From Bradymonadia bacterium (GTDB lineage: Bacteria; Myxococcota_A; Bradymonadia; UBA7976; UBA1532), in contig JBKAGE010000034.1 of assembly GCA_046290225.1 (NCBI GenBank), forward strand, positions 128,001 through 192,000: a stretch of DNA of 64,000 nucleotides. Direction: 5' to 3'. Shown here piece by piece: positions 30,624 through 38,634 of the stretch (positions are counted from its first letter, which is position 1; every line of letters starts with the position of its first letter). The position numbers and the translations under genes were made by a program. The notes beneath the pieces were generated by a model. It ran no database searches. It was not told where the DNA came from and saw nothing but the letters and a program-made list of their open reading frames with translations.

Positions 30624-31631
30624 TCATGGGTCGTCCACGAGGCAGGCATCGAGCTCGGTGCACAAGCCTTGTGGCGAGAGTGCGCCCAAACATGCCCAGG
30701 CGGCGTTGGAGATCTCGGGCGCGTTGTCGCTGGCACACCTGAAAATGCACTCGTCGGCGTCGGCGAGTGCACCACCATTGAATCGCCCCGGGGCGGTGCA
30801 GTCGCTGATGCGCCCACAGGCAGACGTGCACGTCTCCACAGTGAGCGGGACCCCCGCCTGGCACACGGACCGGAGAGAGACATCGGGCGCCAGAGCCCGA
30901 GGCTGCATCAACCCTGAAGAGACCTCGACGATCAACGGCGCGTCACAGGCACCGTGAGCCACGGCAGTCTGGAGCTCTCGAACAGTGAGCTGACCATTCG
31001 AGACCCAGTCGATGCATTCACTCGACAACCAGGTGAACAGAGGCTCCTGAATCTCACCGAGGACCTGGCAATCCATCTGCATGCAGACAGCGACCCACAG
31101 CGCGAACTCCTCGCACAGAGGTGCCACTGGGATGCTCGGATCGACATCGAGTATCCCTGCATCCGGGTCGCCGGGGGCAGGCACATCGAAGTCGCACTCC
31201 AGGCCAACGAGGTCGGCGAGGTTGGTGATCCACGGATCCTCGCAGTCACTGCGCTGTAGCATCGCCTCGGCTTGCCCCTGATCGAGTTCAGCGCCGATGA
31301 AAGCCCCCGAAGCGCACTCCGCAGCGAAGAGGGACTCCAGCGTCACGAGCTCTTCGATGCCCTCGATCTCACAGGCCGCCTCCAGACACCGTCGAGAGAA
31401 AGCCCCCACCTCGTCGCAGAGCGACCCTGCACCTGCATCGGGATCATCATCACGATCATCGTCGGGAAACTCGAAGCCTGGGAGTGAGCCGTCGCGCAAT
31501 CGGGCGGCGTTGCGCGGCGAATCGTCGCTGTCGTCATCACATGCATTGACGCTCAGAGCGAGGGCGGCCACGCACAACCCCCGCACAGCGAAGGCCAGCG
31601 GCCGAAAACAACGTCGTGTGGGCTCGAGCAT
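30624..31631 (-). CDS. Cys-rich repeat lipoprotein (paralog of 29051-30577)
   Basis: VNAC-DDD lipobox; shares CxxGxP..VETC..AC...DC...LAD...C.F.C pattern with the neighbour. Confidence 0.7.
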   Translation of the reverse strand: MLEPTRRCFRPLAFAVRGLCVAALALSVNACDDDSDDSPRNAARLRDGSLPGFEFPDDDRDDDPDAGAGSLCDEVGAFSRRCLEAACEIEGIEELVTLESLFAAECASGAFIGAELDQGQAEAMLQRSDCEDPWITNLADLVGLECDFDVPAPGDPDAGILDVDPSIPVAPLCEEFALWVAVCMQMDCQVLGEIQEPLFTWLSSECIDWVSNGQLTVRELQTAVAHGACDAPLIVEVSSGLMQPRALAPDVSLRSVCQAGVPLTVETCTSACGRISDCTAPGRFNGGALADADECIFRCASDNAPEISNAAWACLGALSPQGLCTELDACLVDDP

Positions 31632-31852
31632 GGGCCCCTCCGAATCACAGAGGAGCAACGATAGGACATGTGGGGAGATTCTGGGAATCTTCAGAGGCCC
31701 TGACAAAACAGCTCCCGTCGTCAGCGCCGCGATGCACTTCGCGAGACGCGAGAAACCGTCCTCGACGATGCTTCGGCATCGCCTGCGGGTTTTTCTCACG
31801 CCTCACTCGCGCCTCACGACCCTGCCTCGGTCCGCCGTTGTGCCAGGACCTC

Positions 31853-32809
31853 TCAGGCGGCGGACAGATCTTTCGCCAGCATCCGAAGGATCGGCTTGAG
31901 CGCTTCTGAGCGGATGGGCTCGGGCACATCGATCTGAGGGGTCAGATCGCGCAGCGACAGGTACAGCTTCTCGAGGGTGTTCCGGCGCATGTAGGGGCAC
32001 TCATTGCAAGCACAGTTGCCCATGGGCGGAGCGGGATAGAAGCGCTTGTTCGGCGCCGCCTTCTCCATCTGGTGCAAAATGCCCGCCTCGGTGACCACGA
32101 TGAACTCGTCGAGTGGAGACTCCACGGCATGCCGCAACAGAGACGTAGTGGAGCCGATGTGATCGGCGTGCTGAAGAATCTGCGGCTCGCACTCCGGGTG
32201 GGCGATGATCTGGGCTTCAGGGTGCCTGATCTTGAGCTGCACCAGCTTGCGCTCGCTGAAGACTTCGTGCACCTGACACGCGCCCTCCCACAGCAACATC
32301 TTCCGGCCCGTCTCTCGCTGCACATAGGCGCCGAGGTTGCGATCGGGTGCGAAGATGAGGGGCTGGTCTTCGGGAAACAGGTTCACGATGTCCACGGCAT
32401 TGCTCGACGTGCAGATGACATCGGAGAGCGCCTTCACCGCTGCAGAGCAGTTGATGTAGCTCACGACCTTGTGATCGGGGTGGGCGTCGACGAAGGCTTT
32501 GAATCTGTCCGCGGGGCAGTTGTCGGCGAGAGAGCAGCCCGCCTCGAGATCGGGCAACACCACGACCTTGTCGGGGTTCACGATCTTCGCCGTCTCTGCC
32601 ATGAAGTGGACCCCGGCAAAGACGATGACGTCAGCGTCGGTGTCGGCGGCCTTTTGACTCAGGCCGAGAGAGTCACCGACATAGTCGGCGACGTCTTGGA
32701 TGTCACCCTCCTGGTAGTAGTGGGCGAGCACCACCGCCTTGCGCTCTTTCTTGAGCTGCTCGATGGCGTCGAAGAGATCGATCCCAGGGTCGATGGATGG
32801 TGCGTTCAT
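31853..32809 (-). CDS. nadA: Quinolinate synthase A
   Basis: [54 protein letters not shown]. Confidence 0.97.
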   Translation of the reverse strand: MNAPSIDPGIDLFDAIEQLKKERKAVVLAHYYQEGDIQDVADYVGDSLGLSQKAADTDADVIVFAGVHFMAETAKIVNPDKVVVLPDLEAGCSLADNCPADRFKAFVDAHPDHKVVSYINCSAAVKALSDVICTSSNAVDIVNLFPEDQPLIFAPDRNLGAYVQRETGRKMLLWEGACQVHEVFSERKLVQLKIRHPEAQIIAHPECEPQILQHADHIGSTTSLLRHAVESPLDEFIVVTEAGILHQMEKAAPNKRFYPAPPMGNCACNECPYMRRNTLEKLYLSLRDLTPQIDVPEPIRSEALKPILRMLAKDLSAA

Positions 32810-33004
32810 GGCGCCTCCCGTAGTCCGTGATGATTCCCAGATGCCTCTGAGAGTGTCCAAGTCACACGACGGCGGGGATCGGGTCCCAAATTCACTGCCG
32901 GCGGTGATCGGTGGCGGGCAGTCTAACTGCAACGTGAGTGAATACGAGGGGTTTTATCTGCAACACACCATCTCGAAAATCGAAGTGCACTGCATCAGAA
33001 GGCA

Positions 33005-33796
33005 TCAGAAGGCGTAGAGGTCAGCCGCCGCAGCATCTGATCTCTCAAGCACGCACTCCACTGGCTCACCCCTCAAAGCCGCGATGGCCGAGGCGATGGC
33101 GATCAGACACGCAGGCTCGTTGGGCCTTGGACCCTCTGGCAGTGATTGATCCGGGGCGTCGGTCTCGACCAGCAGACGATCTCCGGGGATCTCCCTCGCC
33201 ACGCGGTGCAGCTTCCGTGCGTTTGACCGCACGACACCCCCTGTCAGTCCGATGTGCAGGCCCAAGGCGATCCAGGCCTTTGCCTGCTCGACACTGCCGC
33301 TGAAGCTGTGCACCACCCCTCGAATGTGCTTGCTCTGCGCCGTGCAGAGCGCCAGAGCCGGCCCGTGTACCCCCTTGCCGACGAGATGCAGCACCACGGG
33401 CAGGTCACGGGCGACAGCCCAGCTGAGCTGTGCCTCGAAGGCGATCTGTTGTTGCGTCAGGGTGTCCGGAGGGGCGAAGCGTGAGTCGAGCCCTGTCTCG
33501 CCGACGGCGACAGCTGCGCCTGGCCCTTCGAACGCGTACGGCAAGTCCGCCATACATCGCGCCAGCGCCTCAGGGCCTCCATGTGCCGCCTCCACCGGAT
33601 GTAGACCCGCGGACCAGCGCACAGTGGGCATCCGCTCGGCGAGGGCACGCTGATCCGCCCAGCTCTCGGGGCGCACCCCGGCGATCACGAAACGCTTCAC
33701 GCCGGCCTCGGCGGCTCGGCTCAACATGCCCGCCCGGGACTCGTCCAGGCGGCCGAAGTCGAGATGGCAGTGGGTATCGATGTGGTTCGCGGGCAT
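33005..33796 (-). CDS. tatD: TatD-family hydrolase/DNase
   Basis: IDTHCHLD, GLHP, VGETGLD, VVHSFSGS, VETDAPD. Confidence 0.9.
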   Translation of the reverse strand: MPANHIDTHCHLDFGRLDESRAGMLSRAAEAGVKRFVIAGVRPESWADQRALAERMPTVRWSAGLHPVEAAHGGPEALARCMADLPYAFEGPGAAVAVGETGLDSRFAPPDTLTQQQIAFEAQLSWAVARDLPVVLHLVGKGVHGPALALCTAQSKHIRGVVHSFSGSVEQAKAWIALGLHIGLTGGVVRSNARKLHRVAREIPGDRLLVETDAPDQSLPEGPRPNEPACLIAIASAIAALRGEPVECVLERSDAAAADLYAF

Positions 33797-33942
33797 GACA
33801 ACCTGTCTGTGTAAGCCCCTGACAAAACGGTGGACCTTTAAGTCAGCGCCGTGGCGCCATCGTGGGATCTTGAGCTATGACCGTGGCGATGTCGAAGCAT
33901 AGACTGCCTCGATGGACGGTCCAGGCGAAACAGGGGTTTCTC

Positions 33943-34878
33943 ATGTGGCGACGTAAACCGACGCGCGTGTCGGTCCAAGGCCCGATCACACCACCACTGG
34001 CGTGGCTCATCGGGTGGGCACTGCTGCTCGGCGGGTGCGTCGCCGAATCACTGCCGAGCCCGACGATCACACAGGTCAACCCCTCCCCTGCAGATCCTGG
34101 TGGGGTGCTGCTGGTCGAAGGTCGGGGCTTCGGTGCATCGAGTGGTGTCGCCGCTGTGGGCGGTCGTGGGGTCACTGTTCAACGGTGGAGCGACGCTCGC
34201 GTCCAGCTGTCTTTGCCTCAGGATCTGCCTTCAGGCGCGGCGCTGGTGGTGCTCAAGACCGCTGAGGGGCGCCCGACCGAAGGCTTCCCGGTGATCATCG
34301 GTGGCGATCAAGGCCGCACCAGCGGTCGCCGGGCCTTTGATCCACCTCCAGTGGCCGATGATGGCGGCGTGATGCCTTCGCCCGACGCAAGTGTAGATGG
34401 TGGTATTCTCCCTGGAGATGCTCAGCCTCTGCCTGATGCGATGCGCCCCGACGCCAACCTCGGCCTGAGGGCCAGCTTCACCCCAGATCCCGGCGGAGCC
34501 GATGTGCGTGTGTACATGGAAGAAGCAGCGACTCAGAGCCCGGGCACACTGACCCTGGACGTCATCACGCCAGAGCGTGCAGCAGTCTGGGGCGTGGCCT
34601 TTCACATCGCCTTCGACAACTCTCAGGTTCGACTGCGGGAGTTCTCCCCCAGCAACGGCAACAACATCGTCGCCGGAGCCCTCGGCGAAGACCGCGTCGC
34701 CTTCGGACGCCTCGTGCGCAGCCCGCAGGTGTTCACCCTCACCTTCGATCTGGTGCAGCCCGGCCAGTCGAGGATCAGCTTCCCCACGCACAACCGCACC
34801 CTGCGCACAGCCGACAACCAGCCGATCCCCGATGTGCAGTGGCTCGGAGGCGTAATCACCGTGGAGGAGGCCCCGTGA
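33943..34878 (+). CDS. Lipoprotein with IPT/TIG domain, Pro/Asp linker and C-terminal cohesin-like domain
   Basis: LLGG-C lipobox; PTITQVNPS...VEGRGFG...WSDARVQLSLP (TIG); VWGVAFHIAFDNSQV...TLTFDLVQPGQSRISF...GGVITV (cohesin-like); start uncertain. Confidence 0.7.
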   Translation: MWRRKPTRVSVQGPITPPLAWLIGWALLLGGCVAESLPSPTITQVNPSPADPGGVLLVEGRGFGASSGVAAVGGRGVTVQRWSDARVQLSLPQDLPSGAALVVLKTAEGRPTEGFPVIIGGDQGRTSGRRAFDPPPVADDGGVMPSPDASVDGGILPGDAQPLPDAMRPDANLGLRASFTPDPGGADVRVYMEEAATQSPGTLTLDVITPERAAVWGVAFHIAFDNSQVRLREFSPSNGNNIVAGALGEDRVAFGRLVRSPQVFTLTFDLVQPGQSRISFPTHNRTLRTADNQPIPDVQWLGGVITVEEAP

Positions 34879-36743
34879 TGCACTTGCGTTCACTGATCGT
34901 GCTCGGCCTCGGTGCGGTGCTGACCTCCCCCGGCCCTGTGGTCGCCCAGGGTGCACCTCAGGACACGCCGCTACAGCGGCGAGAGGCCATGCGGCGGGAC
35001 TACTTGCGTCACGGCCCCCCTGATCACTGGCGCCCTCGCGGGCGAGGCAAGCCGGATCCTGTGGGCGTGTACGATCTCATCCAGCTCAACGCCGAGCTCG
35101 ATGTGCCCCAGGGGCTGATGCCTCCCGTGGCCCAGTTCCAGGTCATCCTCGAGGCCGTCGAGCCCCTCGCTCAACTCGACATGTTGGCGCTGGCGTACAT
35201 CCCGCTGCAGGTGACGGTGAACGATCAGCCTGTAGAGTTCGGGTTCTTCCCTGACGCTGCGCTGCTTCAAATGCCCCTCGACGCCGAAGCCCTGCCAGGC
35301 GACCGGCTCGTGGTGGACATCCTGGCTCAGCTCACCCCTCAATGTGGCGACAGCATCTCCTGCAACCTCGACGGCCCATACCGTCACCTGCTCGAGTACG
35401 GCTGGTTCCCTACATCGTACGATCCACCCTACGGCGATCGCATGATCGTGGATCTGACCTTCAATACAGCAGGTGGAGAGGCACCGAACGCCAACGGCGC
35501 CCGAGTGGAGTGGGTGGTCAGGGACGACGGTACGGCGATCCACCGCTACCAGAGTGAGCTGCCTACGGTGCAGCCGATCTTCTCCGTGGGCGACACGGCC
35601 TTCAGGACACGCGCTCTCGGCGAGGTCACGCTCGATCTGTTCGTGCCTGATGGCGCAGCGGCATCGGGTGCCCCCATGGGCGAGGTGGCCGCGGACGTCA
35701 TCAACTTCTTCAGCAGCCAGCTGGGCCCCTACCCGTTCTCCAGACTGGGCATCTCCGTCATCGTGGACGATGCTGGAGTCGCTGTGGGGCCCCAGGCCAT
35801 GGCCCTCATGCCCGAGACGATCTGGGCGATCCCTCAAGGGAGCGAGCTGTTCGAAGTGACCCAGACAGTGCTCGCCCACGAGATCGCCCACCAGTACTTC
35901 TTCAACTCGGTGGTGAACACTGAAGCGGGTGACGCGTGGCTCTCCGAAGGGTGGGCGGAGTACTCCGCGGTGCTGTACTCCAACTTCACGTTCGGCACCG
36001 AGGATCACTTCCGGCGGAACTATTGGGGCTATCAGCACACCGTCCGCGATGGGGGCGATGAGGCGCTGTACAGCGTGTCCTTGCCAGAGAACCCCTTCTA
36101 CTTCGAGATCGCCTACTACAAAGGCAGCGCCACCCTCTTCATGTTGCGCAAGGCCATGGGACCCGAGGCCTTCGACGGCGCCATGCGGGCCTACATCGAG
36201 GCTTTCACCGACGAGGTGGTAAACACCCCGGAGATGCTCGAATTCTGGTCGAGGTTCATCGAAGATCCCCTGGTCTTCGAACGGTTCTCTCAGTGGGCGC
36301 TCAACCCCGGGTTCCCTCGCATCGAGGCTCAGGTGACCCCCGCCCGCAGCGACGAGGATGGCATGCTCCTGCGCATCGTACAGCGAGGGCCCGTCTTCGT
36401 CGGCGATCTGCCAGTTCGACTGGTTCGGGCGGATGGCAGCACTCAGACCGTACTCCTCGAGGTTGAGGGGCCGGAGACGGAGGCCAATTTCGTCTCTCGT
36501 GATCTACAAGGGGTGCAGCTCGATCCCGAGTTGACCCTCTTTCGACAGATCGCCCCCACTCTGCCCGGTGATGGCAACCTCGACGGCATCACCGACGGGA
36601 TGGACTTCCTCGACTGCGTCGCCGCTCAAGGGCGGGCTACGCCTGATCCGCGGTGGCGGGACGAGCTGGACTACAACGGCGATTTGGCGATCGACGGCGC
36701 GGATCTCCAAGTGATCATCAATCGCTTCGGCGACGGTTGGTGA
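34878..36743 (+). CDS. Secreted M1-family zinc aminopeptidase with C-terminal dockerin-like domain
   Basis: Signal peptide; AHEIAHQYF..WLSEGWAEY (HExxH-x18-E), AYYKG; GDGNLDGITDGMD...LDYNGDLAIDGADL paired Ca-binding loops; TGATG coupling. Confidence 0.88.
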   Translation: MHLRSLIVLGLGAVLTSPGPVVAQGAPQDTPLQRREAMRRDYLRHGPPDHWRPRGRGKPDPVGVYDLIQLNAELDVPQGLMPPVAQFQVILEAVEPLAQLDMLALAYIPLQVTVNDQPVEFGFFPDAALLQMPLDAEALPGDRLVVDILAQLTPQCGDSISCNLDGPYRHLLEYGWFPTSYDPPYGDRMIVDLTFNTAGGEAPNANGARVEWVVRDDGTAIHRYQSELPTVQPIFSVGDTAFRTRALGEVTLDLFVPDGAAASGAPMGEVAADVINFFSSQLGPYPFSRLGISVIVDDAGVAVGPQAMALMPETIWAIPQGSELFEVTQTVLAHEIAHQYFFNSVVNTEAGDAWLSEGWAEYSAVLYSNFTFGTEDHFRRNYWGYQHTVRDGGDEALYSVSLPENPFYFEIAYYKGSATLFMLRKAMGPEAFDGAMRAYIEAFTDEVVNTPEMLEFWSRFIEDPLVFERFSQWALNPGFPRIEAQVTPARSDEDGMLLRIVQRGPVFVGDLPVRLVRADGSTQTVLLEVEGPETEANFVSRDLQGVQLDPELTLFRQIAPTLPGDGNLDGITDGMDFLDCVAAQGRATPDPRWRDELDYNGDLAIDGADLQVIINRFGDGW

Positions 36744-36773
36744 TCGACACCCGATGACGATCGAGCTCGGGCC

Positions 36774-38552
36774 TCACTGCGAGATGCCCGAGGCCCACTC
36801 CCCATCTGCCCGCGTCACCGCTTCCACGGTATAGCGCCCCAGCGACAAATCAGCGGGCAGCTGGCCCTGCAACTGGAACCGGCCCTCGGGATCAGGCGTG
36901 AGCGGCGGCCCCACGGGGAGAGGCGGCCCCGACTCGGGCTTCAGATAGATCTGCACAGGCACCTTTGGCCCGGGCATCCCCGCGACATCGGTGATTCGGC
37001 CCTTGAAGGTGAAGGGCAGCGGCTCACCCCGATAGACCACGCCGTCGTGATCAGCATCGACGGTCAATGTCACCCGTACTGGTTGCCCGGGCCCGTCAGC
37101 GGCCACCCTGCTCGGGTAGGGCACCACGGGCGCGGAGGGTGCCGCGGGGGTCGTACCGCCAGGCTCGACGTCTCCAGGCGTCCCTGTCCCTGGACCCGAC
37201 GGCTCGCTGAGGCCCCCTGCGCCGCTCTGGGGCCCTGAGGCACCGGGATCTCCACTGGTGCCTGTCTGCCCAGGCGAAGGCGGCCCTGCGGCCCCTGGCT
37301 TGAGCGGGGGTGGCGTGCCGGCGAGGGTGGCCCCACCTGCTGGCGGCTGATCGGGTTGCCCACTCTGTGGCACATCGCCGGAGGCCATTCGGTTGCTGTA
37401 GCTCTTGAGGTAGCTCTCGGGCTTGGAGAACGGGTCTGCCGGGGGCTGGTGCAGGCGCCGCCCCTCACCCTGTTCCAGGTTGAGCTCCGGGGCGACGCCG
37501 CCCAGATCCACCCGGCGCCAGAAGCCGTCTGGCGTGAGCACCTCGGCGAAGGCGTGGGCCTCGTTGGCCACAAAGCGGGTCGGCACCCCGGCGGCCCGGG
37601 CGGTGATCGTGAAGGCAAAGGTCCGGTGCCGGCACACGCCCACGCCGCCGAGGGCAAGATCGGTATAGATGTCCCCGGAGTTCGGCAGAGTGTCGCTAGC
37701 CTTGAAGGCGCGAAAGTGGCGCACGAGCTTGTCGAGTTCTCGAGAGAATGAGCCCTCGGGTCTCACATTGAGGGTGGACAAAACAGCTCGACCTCGGGCC
37801 CGAATCTCTGGGGGCAGAGCGGTCATCGGGTGCCCGTCCGAGACGTCGAGGGGCACATTCCCCGGCAGGCCTCCAGAGAAGTAGATCGAGCCGGCATCGA
37901 CGAGCATGCGCAGCCGTACGGTGCCCCGTGCATTTGTGGTGATGTAGTAATTCGCCGCCTCGTCCACGAGGACCTTCACCTCTGGCCCTTCGATGGCGAG
38001 GATGCGCATGTCCGGTGACACCGACGGGATCGGGTGCGGGCTGCGATCCGCGACCTGCACGGTGATGTCACCCCAGAACATCTCCCTGCCCGCGGTGGCC
38101 TGGCGCGGCCCCTTCGGCGCAGGTGAGAGGCGGGTCTTGGAGATGATCATCTCGTAGTCACGGCGAACCACGTCGAAGACCGAGTCTCTCCGGAAGGGTG
38201 CCACAGAGGGGTTGAACATGGCGTGATAGGTCAGTGGCTCGTCGACAGTCGTCTTGCGATCGGGTCGGATCGACCCTTTGCGGGTGACATCGTCGGGGCC
38301 TTCACCGAAGGCGGGCCCAGGAGGACTCTCGGGATCAGGCGCCTGAAGGTCGACGCCCTCTCGTCTGACGGCCTCGGGCAGCGCGCCGCCTCCGTCGATG
38401 AGCCCGTCCCCCCGCGAGGCGATGGGATGCGCGGAGAAAAAATCCTCGGGTACAAACTCGTGGCGTAGCCGCTGCTGACCATGGGCCGTGGCGCCAATCG
38501 TCAACACCGCCGCCCCGATGAGGGGGCCGATTGCTCGGTGTCGGTGGGCCAT
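36774..38552 (-). CDS. Secreted transglutaminase-like (Cys-His-Asp) protein with Pro/Gly linker and Ig-like tail
   Basis: GVCRHRTFAF, NEAHAFAEV, WRRVDLGG; signal peptide; GAGGAG RBS. Confidence 0.75.
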   Translation of the reverse strand: MAHRHRAIGPLIGAAVLTIGATAHGQQRLRHEFVPEDFFSAHPIASRGDGLIDGGGALPEAVRREGVDLQAPDPESPPGPAFGEGPDDVTRKGSIRPDRKTTVDEPLTYHAMFNPSVAPFRRDSVFDVVRRDYEMIISKTRLSPAPKGPRQATAGREMFWGDITVQVADRSPHPIPSVSPDMRILAIEGPEVKVLVDEAANYYITTNARGTVRLRMLVDAGSIYFSGGLPGNVPLDVSDGHPMTALPPEIRARGRAVLSTLNVRPEGSFSRELDKLVRHFRAFKASDTLPNSGDIYTDLALGGVGVCRHRTFAFTITARAAGVPTRFVANEAHAFAEVLTPDGFWRRVDLGGVAPELNLEQGEGRRLHQPPADPFSKPESYLKSYSNRMASGDVPQSGQPDQPPAGGATLAGTPPPLKPGAAGPPSPGQTGTSGDPGASGPQSGAGGLSEPSGPGTGTPGDVEPGGTTPAAPSAPVVPYPSRVAADGPGQPVRVTLTVDADHDGVVYRGEPLPFTFKGRITDVAGMPGPKVPVQIYLKPESGPPLPVGPPLTPDPEGRFQLQGQLPADLSLGRYTVEAVTRADGEWASGISQ

Positions 38553-38634
38553 TTCTCCTCCAGTCTCGCCAAGGATCTCGTTGCAAGATTGCCCCGGATC
38601 AACACGGGGCACTATGATTTTGTGCCTGCTGATC

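Noticed and set aside
12053..31631. Multiheme cytochromes among the Cys/His-rich proteins
   Set aside because: No CxxCH motifs were found; patterns are CxxxC and CRxxH in exported proteins
32810..33004. NAD riboswitch or NrtR/NiaR operator upstream of nadA
   Set aside because: Only a weak GTGT-N7-ACAC dyad; no recognisable riboswitch core by eye
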